Source: Trichoplax sp. H2
Lineage: Eukaryota
Direction of reading: 5' to 3'
Assembly: GCA_003344405.1 (NCBI GenBank)
Contig: NOWV01000192.1
Coordinates: 122,664 to 142,663, forward strand
Length of the DNA stretch: 20,000 nucleotides
The notes below the pieces were generated by a model. That model did no database searches. It was given only the letters and a program-made list of their open reading frames with translations, and was not told where the DNA came from. The position numbers and the translations under genes are program-made. This document shows positions 1 to 12,500 of this stretch, one piece after another. Position 1 is the stretch's first letter. Each line of letters opens with the position of its first letter.

Positions 1-442
1 GAAAGACTAAAAATATGACTTTGCATTACTTTAGAAGGATGTTAATTTACGATACGTATCAATCATCGTCTTGACTAATTCTTCCATTGACTTTTCAAAT
101 ATGCTACAGTATTCGTAATAACACTATTATATCTTACAAATAACTGTAGAAGAATACTGTGATTCTCAAGAATTAGGACTGAAATATATTAGGACGAGTT
201 TGTTGCCAATTAAGATAGTATTTGTAAAATCACCTATAATATATTTGGAGTTTCAGACTAATCTATTTGACAAAAAATATGCAGCACAGATGCTACATTT
301 TTAATTAATAATACTTTGAAATGTGACTAAATACACATTAAATTAACTTGTTTACTTTAATCGCCAATCGTTATTATTCTAATTTTATAATATTAAATCG
401 CCTAAATGATACCAATATTAACTTCAATACATTTTCATGTAG

Positions 443-514
443 ATGGTTATATGCAAACTCAATTCAAAGGATTAGTAAAGAAGCATGGGATGACTCAAAG
501 AACTTGAAAAATAT
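443..514 (+). CDS. LRR exon 1 (72 nt)
   Basis: tag|a..at|gtaagc; WLYANSIQRISKEAWDDSKNLKN. Confidence 0.88.
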
Positions 515-3500
515 GTAAGCTGACTGTAATAAATCTGGGTAGATGTTAGAGGTGCCATGTAAAAGTTAAGCCTTAATCATATCAGTCTTTAGCTATTAAT
601 TATAAGTATTATATTTATGAAGTTAGCCGCCCTTGCAGTTCTTCGCTGAGTTTATAACGAAGCTTTTGAAATAATACAGTAATCTAATCTTTTTCGCTCT
701 TTATGATATAAATTTCTCTTAGTATACCCTAAATCGTATCATCGTTCATAATAGAGTAATCTAGACCAAGTAATAATACGAGTATAATGGCTTCCTTCAG
801 TAAAAGCATAAGTTTTAATTTAAAATGTTGTAAATTTCAAAACTCCTAAAAACAGTCTTAAAAATTATATAAAAGCAAAAGAATTTTGGTATTGCTGCGC
901 TGCAGGGAACGGTAGTGTTTGTACATTAGAGCATTCCGTTTGCTTAACCTTCTTTAGCCAGTTTCTAGTTTTGACATCTTCAGCATTAATACGTTACTGG
1001 CTTGTTGTGCAACGGTGGAACTGAAATTAACAGTTACATATGATTGCTAAGAATAATCTAGTTATTTTCCTTATCACTCTGATCGTAGCTTAGTTGCAGC
1101 AGATCATATGATACTAATGAGGACTCATAAGCTATTGTAGAAGTCTATAAACCGCGATAAATTATGCAATGAAGAGAATTGTTGAAAATCTGTATTTAAA
1201 ATAGTCTATATGACGTTTAAATCCTGTCTGTTAGCGGAGGAGTGATATTTCTGATAGAGTAGATATTGGGTCCTGAAATATGGTTCAGGGACGTAAGCTA
1301 TGGATTGTAAATTGCGTTACTTCGTTGTTAAGTGCTATTAAAATATGCAAATAACTTGTTGCATTAATATCGTATCGAACACTTGAAATAATTGATTAAA
1401 CTCAGGCTATTTTTATATAGAGATTTGTCAAATAATGCTATTAGAAATATCAACGAATCTGGCCTTTCACAATTTAAATATATGGAAACATTGTTAGTTA
1501 CCTTTAGCAGATTCATACACAAAATTTTATTATAAACTTATAAATTAAAAATATAAAGAGTATAAGAAATGCAAATTGTAACTAGATATTTTTGTAATTA
1601 CAGAACTCTGGGTATAAATAATTTAATCCGCCTGCACGATTTTATCTTTTCTGAGTTATCTGAACTTACATCTTTGTAAGAACATTCCTAACTTTTTCCA
1701 ATACCTACTAATTTTTTCATATTTTAACTCATCACTCCAAATTTCTATTTTGTATTTCATCTTTATTTGTTTAATTTACAGAAAGCTACATGGCAACGAT
1801 TTAACTTTTATCAGTACTAATTCCTTCTATGGGCTGAAGAACTTGGAAATACTGTAATGCAATACTTAAGTGTTTTAGTACTTATAACGCACCATTAGAA
1901 AATTACTTCTACGACATCACTTTAAAGGGCTATTTACTAAAGCGCTTTAAATTGATACGATTTCTTACATATTGACTCAGATTCCTATACGATAACAAAA
2001 TTAAAGTTATCGCTCCAGGTTCCTTTGCTAATCTAAACAAGCTAACTCTCATGTAAGTAATGAAAAGAATAATTTTAGGTTAAAATAGAGCAATAAATGA
2101 TAGGTTTCATAGCCATAAAAGGTGGAGCTCTATATTTTGCGGAAGGTACGCAGCCAAGGAGTTAATACTCAATTTTCAACAGCAACTATGCTTTTTCGCT
2201 TCAACTGTGATTTTATACTATAGGAAAGTTTAATTGTTAGAATACAAGACAGCTATATTTATACTGAGACTGCAACTTATTATTCTTTTAAAACTCTCTG
2301 GTCTTAGAATAATAAATTAAGTAATAAATACAGTCAATTCGATCTTGTCTACAATTATATTACAATGCAAAAACTTTAACGGTCTCGTTTTTGTTTGGCA
2401 ACCAGGCTAATAAGCAGCCTGTCTTGTCAGTTTATTGTAAATAACATTATGCTATCACCTAATAGTGAACTATCACGGAATAAACTCTTATCTATCAACG
2501 ATCGTGTCTTTAACGATTTACCTTCATTAGAGACATTGTGAGTCTTAACGTATAGTATTACAAATTTATTTCTCTAAGCTATTGTCAAAAGCAACAGTAA
2601 ACTAAATTGCATTAAATTAAATCTTAATTTTTTACATTTTAGGCATATTCCAGATAATTACGTACTTAATCTAACTTCAACTACTTTCAAAGGCTCTCAC
2701 CAGATAGATACAATGTATGAAATATTCTCTTTCTTATATGCTAAAACAACAATATTGCAACAGTTTAATATCAGATAGTTACAATTTTTGCAGTAAACTA
2801 TCAGGAAATGGAGTTCAACAAATTTCTGGTGATTCTTTCTCTGATTTGATAAACTTAAAACGATTGTAAGTTATATCATGCTACTGTGCTTGCCAAATAA
2901 ATCATTAATTATTACTTTATCTTTAGCTATTTTGATTATATAATTAATTCATTTTTATTATTAGGGAACTGAGAATTTGCTCTATAACCGAAATCGGAAC
3001 TGAAATATTTGCTCGCAATACTAAGCTGCAGCACTTGTTTGTTAACACTTTCCATACTTTAAGAAATCTATACTACTTTGACTTTATTTTCTATTATATC
3101 CAGTAATATAGTCCAAAATAATATCTAATGCTATTAAAATAACTTAAATTCATCTTTTAAGAGATGTAAGTGGCTGTAAAATTTCGATGGTGACCTCTAG
3201 AGCTTTCTCTAATTGTACCGCCCTAAAAATATTGTAAGATTTTCATTTATATTTTCATAGCTATATCATTTATGAAGGAACGCAAATGTCTTACAAACCA
3301 GAGATTTAAATAATTTCTTGGGATATGATATTGTACACTGTTCATATAAACACCAGTTGAGTCTTAATTATACAAAAATAGCGTTTCCAAAAGTAGCTGT
3401 ATATTACACAAATGACTGACGGCGATAGAGAACATCACTAAATAAATAAGACTCTGCTAGATTTTACCTGATTAGCACGTTTTTTTCGTTGCTAAAAATC

Positions 3501-6500
3501 CATTAAATCTTTTATTAGTAAGATACTTAGCAAATGTAAAGAAAAAAATATTTCCGTATCAATACCTAATTCTAGTTATATTTACTACCTAAAGATATAT
3601 TTAATTTTGTCACAGAAATTTATCAGCTACACTGATTCGAACCTTGCCATCGTATATATTTGGATCCAATAAACAAACCAGTATGGAGACATTGTAAGTT
3701 TACATATCGGTTGATACTAAAACTGCAGTGATTGACAAATTGTATAATCTGCAATTCCTTACTTAAATTCCGTATCCCTAAATTAATATCTTCTAAATAT
3801 CTAAGTGAACGCAATGCTCAATAATCAATGTTTTATATAATACTATCGAATAAACTCTCTAAGTCAAAACCTAATCTAGCGAAAGAATTCAAATTCTGAT
3901 TAACTTTCGTTTGACAATAATATTCATTATTGTTAGATTGATCAATGGGAGCTATCTGGAAAGCATTGATGAGATGGCTTTTTACGGTCTAAGTAAACTG
4001 AAAAGTCTGTGAGTTCAACTATGAATATGAGGATGAAGCGTATCCTTAACATAAATTCATCTTCTATGAACAGTATACGGGCTTAAAAAGGCATCATTTA
4101 CCTCGTGTAGTTTCTACAGGTAATGCAATTACAAAATTCATCTATTGAAACTTTAGAACATTAAGCACAAATTTCATTCGATACCTTGATCCTGTTACCT
4201 TTACATCTCTGACGTCTTTGGAAGAATTGTAAGTATAAAATGTTAACTATTTCTATATTAGATCTAAAAAAATTATATCATACGACCGTATTCGTTGTAA
4301 ATTCGACAGTATCTCAAACAATTTCTCGTCTTTTAATGGTAAAATCTTCTGATTAAGTTAAATACTTACATTAATACTAATTAGAATAATTTTAACATTG
4401 ACTCCTATTACAGTACTACAATCAGCAACTGATCCTTCTACATATTTGATTTAGTTTGATATTTAAAAAGACCATAATCAATTGAATTAAACTTAGTCTG
4501 TATAGTCTATGCCAGTTCTAAAAAAGAAGATATAAAAGTAACAATCTTTTATGGTTAGCAAACTACTGTATGTGATGTAGGGCTGTCAACCATTAGTAAC
4601 TTTATGTTTCATGAATGCCAAGTTTTAATAAGATAATCGAAATTCAAGATAATCAGCCTTAACAACCATCCATATGAAAGCCCACATATATAATATTATT
4701 CTTCTTTCAAAGATGAAATTATGATTTTTCACAAAACCAGTTCTTAAATTATGTTAATCGCAGGAATCTTAATCAAAATAAAATTGAATATCTGAACGAG
4801 TTAGGATTCTTTGACCTTGGATCTTTGAAATTCTTGTAAGCCAGTATATGTTACAAATATATCGCTGAAATTTAGAGCTTCTTATGGTTCCTACATATGA
4901 ACTACATTAATTGAAACTATTTCTTAATTATGATAATAAGAACTAATAACGTTGAAGGAGGCTATTAAACTAAGTTATTTTATGAGAATACGCTATTGAT
5001 TCCTGAGATAAAGCTTAGTAGATCACATAGTATAAGATTATTCTCAAAGCGTATAACAGACTGAAGGATTAAGAATGATCCTTGGCTTCATTACTAGGCA
5101 TTTAACCTCCAATGAAATTAAACTGATAGGTAGCAATGCCTTCCTTGGCCTAGCAAAGCTAACGCGATTGTAAGATCCTCTTGTGTAATTGCACATCGAT
5201 GAGATCTTTTATATATTTCTTCATTTTTGGATAATTTTATCATCATTATCGTAATTTAACCGGTATTTTTGTTAAGAAACTACCAGCTTTCTAAATTATA
5301 CTATGATTATTTTAAAATTGTTCGTAATTTTAGCACCTGCATTGCACTAACTGCTATTGAACAACTCTTAACTAATACACAATTGTAGTTCGTTTATCTA
5401 TTTTGAAAACTGCATCAAGTTATCATCATTTATTATTGTGTTATACTTTTAATTGAGCAATGGAATAGTAGACCACTAATTACTAACTTTGAAATTATTG
5501 TGACTTACGATAGATATATCAATAACAATTACATTAGTACACTCAATGGGACGGCTTTCAGCGGATTACACAGCCTCACTTACCTGTAAGTGTCAAACTT
5601 AATAAATTACTGATTATATTAGTACAAACTAGTACGCATAGCTTCGAATTTCTATTGCTATATAAGAAATCATTATATTACATCTTTAATGACGCTTTTC
5701 TTAACAAAGTAAAATGTGCTTTTGATGATTTAAATCAGATTACTGGATGAAAACCATTTATTATCCATTCAAGATTTCCAATTTGCTAGTTTACCTTCAT
5801 TACAATATCTGTTAGCCATTATTTTTATTTATCTCATGTATTGAAAAAATTTAGAATAAGAAGATTTTAACTTAATTGCTGATTATTCAACATTAGTTAT
5901 CTAAGGTCAAACAAAATCAAAGAAATTCAACCTAATTCATTCTCTGGCTTGGATAATATACAAGAAATGTAAGAAATTAAATTTAATCTAAATTAAAAAT
6001 GTTTAATTAATGTTGATAGGTAATGATAATGCTAATATACTTGTACGTAATAATTGTAACTAATTTACCCTGATATAAAGAAGAAAACATGCCTATTAAT
6101 GTATCAACAGTATCACTTTTAACAAATAGAAATATATTTTCACCTTATTTCGTCCACTTTGTATTCTGTTTTGATTAGCTGGCTTAATGGAAATCCCTTG
6201 TACTCTGTAGCTGATCTACCTTTAGGCAACTTCAAAATTCTTCAATACTTGTAAAAGAATTTACTAAATAATTTAATGCTTGAATGTTATTCTTAAAAAT
6301 CGAAGCAGAATTGCGGTATATAACAATGATATCAGCATAACTTTATAACCTTATCTATTTCAATAGGGGACTATCGAAAAATAAATTGCGAAGCCTTAAA
6401 ATTGCATGTCAATCGAACTTTACCAGCGACATTTTTAAATTGTAAATTGATATATTTCCTGATATCAGTCTTGGCTAAATTTGAAACCAATGAAACATTA

Positions 6501-9500
6501 TTTCACATACGTTTAAAATCATTAATAACAAAATTTTACAATAGAAATATCCTTTGCTAAGTTGCATTTGCCCTCATCAAAAACTGTACTCAAGTTTAAT
6601 CATACAATATTTGCGAACTGCTTTAACTGTTGCAGTTACGATAAAATAGTTGGTACTAATAATAAACCATAGCAGTCGTATTTACTATAAAAAAAATCCG
6701 GTATCAGCATATTTATTTTTTCTGTCATAGGGATTTATCCAATAACTTGATGACTGAAATTCGAATTCCTAAATGTTTTCAATGCCTACATCATATGTAA
6801 ATTGATTTATTAGTAAATTTTTTAGTTGTATATTAAATAAAAATTGATTTATTCTGACAAAATAGAGCATCCATTGTTCTTTGGTATACATGTATTGTCG
6901 AGTTATGAAGTTTTCTAAACGTCGATATTTCTTGTGATATTAATTATGCCGAAATATATTTCAGCAACATCTCCAACAACAGAATTAACAATCCTAGAAG
7001 TATATCTCTAAGCAAAATTTCTTGCACTTCATCAATGTAAGTCTTTCTCTTACCAGAATCAAAGCACCTTGTTCTCATTCGTTTTCGCTTTATAGTAAAT
7101 TCCAATACCATGAAAAATTTGTATAAATCAGTGTATATTGATTCAATGTAATTCAACTTATTTAGGACTACATTATATAAATTTCAGTTTATCATCCACA
7201 ATCATAAGCGTTAACTTTTATAACTAATGGTAATAAATTTTATATTTTATTTTAATCCGTTTAATTATTTTCTAGCGATATTAGTCAGAATAGAATCACT
7301 AGACTTGAGTCAGATATATTTTCTTCGCTTGAAGAGCCGCTGTTAATCAGTGTCCTGTAAGTATTTATACATTCTATTTTACAGTAAGATGCAGTACTGC
7401 AAATGTTATCATAGATCATGCCTTGACCTTTTTCTCGCGTCTTGTTTTTGTTGCACGTTCTTAAAACAGGAATATGTCCAGCAATCGTTTAGAGTATGTT
7501 AAATCTGAAGTGCTTCAACCAATATCAGGCTTAACGGAGCTGTACGTGTACATACTAACTAAGCTGTATGATACAGCACTAATAATACTGAATACTAATT
7601 TTTACATGCATAAAATAAACTTTTATCAATCTATTAAGCTACTAACCGTTGTTTAGCATAATTATAAGAATAATATCCATTTAATATAGCAGTTATAAAT
7701 AGTACAAAACAAAACTGTAAAATCATAAACATATTTTTACTTATAAGAAGTATTAGTATTACAACTGATAAATATAAATAGTTAAAAATTAGATATGTTT
7801 CAAAAATTATGTGACATATTAACCTTTCGCTTTGATATAATTAGAAACATTCATGATAATCGTCTCGAAACATTAGATTTTATTCAATTATTTCATCAAC
7901 TGAATAGACTGTAAGTATTACTAGGTCTTCATGTTAAGTAATCTAGCTAATCTATACTTATATTTATATAACGATCTTAGCAATACTCATAGTTTTGCCA
8001 TCATATGTACATTTATCTACTATCAAATTAGTGTGGTCTCCAGAAATCGAGTTACGGATTTAAAAAGTAGCTATTTTAAAAACTCCAAGAATTTAACACA
8101 TCTGTAAGAATTTATAATATATACTTTCCTGAATGCAAGTGTAATAAATTACTGAAATTCACTGCGAATAGTAGCTACCTTGTAATCCAGAATAACATAC
8201 TACATTCGTATAAATAACATTTTTTGAAACTGAACGGTAATCCTTCTAAATCTCTATAAGATATTTAAGCTATAACAAGCTCCAATCTCTTAGAAATAGA
8301 ACATTTATCAAGAGCGACAATATTCTATATCTGTAAGTTTATGGAGATTTATTGCATGTATAGAGTCTATGACAGCATAGACATGTTATGGAAGGAATTT
8401 ATTTTTGTAATTTTACCTCACTAGACAACATATATAACATTACTTCGGATCGACTTACTTTTTTAATCTGTCCTTATAGACAATTAGATCATAACAAAAT
8501 TTCGATAGTAGAAAATGAAGCATTTCTCGGCTTATCAAACTTGCTAACGCTGTATGTTATCGATTTTTACCTTTTAATGTGACACAAACATATCCACTTT
8601 GTCGGTTATTTTTATAAATACAATAGCTTCATGAGACATGACGTTTAATCTACTAGGGACATCAGCTATAACCGCATTATTTCATTGCATGGGATATTTC
8701 CTCAAGATTTACATCGCCTTAATTCGCTGTATGTTAGCATTATGCAGCATTTATTCTATTCTATTATTTACGTTAACTAGTTCTATTGTTAGACTTCATA
8801 TAAAATGTAGAAACGCCAGTAAGCTGAATCTTTAATTGAAATTAGATATATAGCTGCTTAATTAAAACAAATACAATGATATTTTCACTTAGAATTTAAT
8901 TTAAATACTTATTTTTCACTTCACCATTTAAAGTAACTGTGATGGAAATCAAATCTCTTCTATAGCTGGAGCTCCATTTTATAATTTAACAAAACTGACT
9001 AAATTGTATGTTTCATTATAAACTCTTCAGTCTATCATAAACAATCAATATCAAGATTTAGTTAAGATTACTAAACTGAATAATTTTTAAAATCATAACA
9101 TACCAATGAGCAAACTCTTCTTCTAGATCATTGAATCAAAATTACCTACAAGAAATTGCTAGCGACGGTTTTAGTAATCTGATTAGCCTGCGTTTACTGT
9201 AAGTATAGAACCTAAATTATTTATCGTATATAGAATCGACTAAATTGACTAAATATCAACTAAGCTATAGTCCAAAGTTACTTACTTAATCTTTACTGAA
9301 TCTTTTCGTCTACATTTTGTAAGAACAGCTCGATAAATTATAATAAACTTACCCGCTTATCTTGTGAGTCCATTTTTGAAACCATTTATGATCTGTAAGT
9401 GACATAGCTAATAAATTCATGTCAATTTGTAGTATTTTAAGTCATAATACGGCTATAGAGGCATTTAAGTAAGTTACTGCCAATAAATTGCCTGGTGCTA

Positions 9501-12500
9501 TTTCAAATTTATTCGATTGCAATACATTAGCGATAGTGCAGTGCTGTACTTTTCGCATTGGTTTGGCTTTCCTTACGCGTTGCATTTGAAATTATTCGTT
9601 GTAGTGCAGCATCTCTTTTTTAATAATTAAGGAGAGGACAATCAAAACACTGAAAATATAATTAACGCGCTATCAAGAAGATATATTCACAGAAGTTTTT
9701 ATACACTTTGTTCAAGATAAAATCAATTCGTAATGATAATTAAACTTGATGTAATCAAACAAGTTTCAAGGCGAAACATTATTCGATATGTTTACACAGA
9801 GAATTGTTGTCGTCTTACTTAAAATAAATATACATCATAGTAATATTTACCTTCTTTATTGTATACATTCAGGAGGATAACTCATAACAATATATCCTAC
9901 ATCTCTCACAGTTGTAACAAAACATTTGGCAGTTTATCACAGAGAATGTAAGTTATAATTAAGACTTTATCATTTTAAAACTTAAGCCAGTATTAAGATA
10001 TAAAAAAAATTAAATGCTGTATATGGAGTTATATATTTGTGATTAACCGATTATAAAAATCCAAAACTGGTAAAGAATTAGGACTTTATCAGATCTTCAT
10101 AATAAGATAATCTATGCAAAGCTCTATTCCAACCAAATACAACTACTAAGCACTTTTAGAAATAACCATTAGAATAATTTAAGTAGCTAGCTTGTATACT
10201 TATCGTAGCGTTCATAGCTATAATCAGCATAACATTCTACCTTATTTACTTATATTTAGATTATTATTAGTAATAATATTTTACAGCGAACTATTAATCC
10301 AACATAGAAACTACTAGAGTAATTACATAGTGTCACTAAACAGCTTTAGTGATCTGGGTTGAACTGATCTATCTACTCTAATTAATCACAAACTAACTCC
10401 AGTACGTGTTCTGTTCGGAAATTTCCAATAGTAGATAGTTGAGATAGACGACAAGGGTTCAGACAAATTAAGTCTTATTTATTATAAGCTACTTCGTAAA
10501 TTAGTACTAGTGTACTCTACAATAGTCTTAGCTGCAAACAAGGAGCATCAAGCTCCATAAGGCATAGACATTATTTCTATCCGTTAGAGTACGATGAACT
10601 AACCATATTCTAATATGAATTCGTTACAGTGTTATACGGTGTAATATCCAGATTAGAGTAGAAAGATCTATTGCAATTCAAATTACTGTGATTGCAACTT
10701 ACTTATGGTAGATTGTAGATCATCGTGGGCATGTTCCGCGATAGGACATATTGTAATCTGACCATTTCTTATTAGTCATTAGATGTCTATGTTCGCAAAT
10801 ACTGTTGTCTTTATTAGATAGCCGTAGATAAAATTAGCTTTTGATTCATTAGAAGATTTCAACGTTAATATTACTATCTAGAATTTCTAAACTACTGTAA
10901 AAGAGTATAGAAATGCCTCATATCGTACAATAAAGTTAGTTCTTTAGATTAGTGTTCACCATGAAATACTGTACAAGTGTCACAAACCTGCTTCGTGACA
11001 AAGATAATGTAAAACAAATCTCTAAATTACTGTAGTCTCCGGTATTTAGTGTCCCTGAACTATCTCAGAAGAATTTAAATGCCTTCGCTTCTACGTTATA
11101 CAACTGTAGAACTCTGCTTTATTTAACTATCTGCCGAGCTTAAATACTCTTTGGTAGCTGCTATCATGTATGAGTCATAACGGTTCATGAAATTTAGTTC
11201 ATATTGGATAGCTAAATTAATACAGAAATTATTCATAATCTAGACATGTACTGAATGATTCTAGATAATTAGATTACAGTATGTCCATACGCAGAATTAT
11301 TGATAGTATCCTCTACAATTGAATATCTTCAGAATATTCATCACAAGCGTTACAATATATAACACTATAATCAATTAACATTAGTTACCTTATAAAAACT
11401 CTTACTACAGTAAAGCATAATTTATTGCAACAAAATAATAACTACCGTAGTTCTTACTGTAAGTCATTATTAGTTATCTCCATATATAAATATTAACACT
11501 AAATTTAGTCCTTTACTCTTCACGGTGGTTTGTACCGTGATAACAAGACTTTTAAGTCTTTGTGTAGTCTACTAGTATAGGAAAAGTGTTCCTGATAGGG
11601 TAGACGTTTCTCCCTGATACGTGGTTTAGTCAATCGACTTATTGATCTTACATTACGTTATCTTGTTGCAGAGCTGCTGGGTAACAGAATTACAGTTCAA
11701 TTTTTACCTCTGACCCCAACGGTAACTCGATATACTGTATATAGTTATTTGTACTCTGGCATAGAATTTCCACCACAGCCTATGGTCATGAGCTACCAAA
11801 TATGTCTCAAGATATCTATAGAAAGCCACACTACTGTACACTTTACTAAACACGGATAATAATCTAAAATTCCAATACTTAGCTATGTTACAACATTATA
11901 GTTTTATGCCCTATTACTAAGCTAATTCTTTACAGAAAGTAACCTTTCAGTCATCATGTATTATTTTATCTGTCACGAAAGCAGTCTTCGTGTAATTTAT
12001 TTTATTTCTATGTAACGTTCTATATATGTTTATATCTCAGAAATATTTACGGTTTCCTTAATTGTAACTCTAGTAGCTAACAAAGAATATATTAGTAATC
12101 CTTACTTTAAGATCAGATAGACTAAGATAGTAATTACCAACTAGTTGAAATAGATTGTATCTATAACCTCCAGTAATGTTAAGGTTAAAAATACAATTTC
12201 TAAGTTTAGAGGAAATATCTTATTAAGATAGCCTAATATGTGTTTTTTAAACTATTATTAAGGATTGGATAATTAATACTGAAAATACAATAAATTTGAT
12301 AGGATTAGACTGTGTTTAATCTGTACTGATAGAGGTTCTAATTAAAAGTTAAAGCTGTTACTAGCTCATAATATTATGTTATACGTATATGAGGTAGAAG
12401 TTTACAAAATTATTTTGTCTTCAATTACAGAGATATCAGTTACAATAATTTGGTACGAAATGGAATTAGAGTAGAAGAACAAGTTTTATTTAAATTATTA

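Noticed and set aside
150..223. Possible LRR N-cap exon (EYCDSQELGLKYIRTSLLPIKIVF)
   Set aside because: Loosely resembles C..xGL..IP..LP, but the obvious donor (ttt|gtaaaa) is phase 0 and cannot join phase-2 exon 1. Only one Cys is present.
3623..3814. Minus-strand 63-aa ORF
   Set aside because: Antisense shadow of exon 11 plus intron; no recognisable domain.
6944..7156. Minus-strand 70-aa ORF
   Set aside because: Antisense to exon 22; chance ORF.
7474..8835. Plus-strand ORFs 7474..7656, 8388..8582 and 8638..8835 as standalone genes
   Set aside because: The first two are LRR exons 24 and 28 read through into introns; the third overlaps exon 29 in the wrong frame.
10630..10710. Possible extra LRR exon in the long intron (cag|t VIRCNIQIRVERS..)
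   Set aside because: Poor LRR consensus, no GT donor at the expected position, and an in-frame stop follows.
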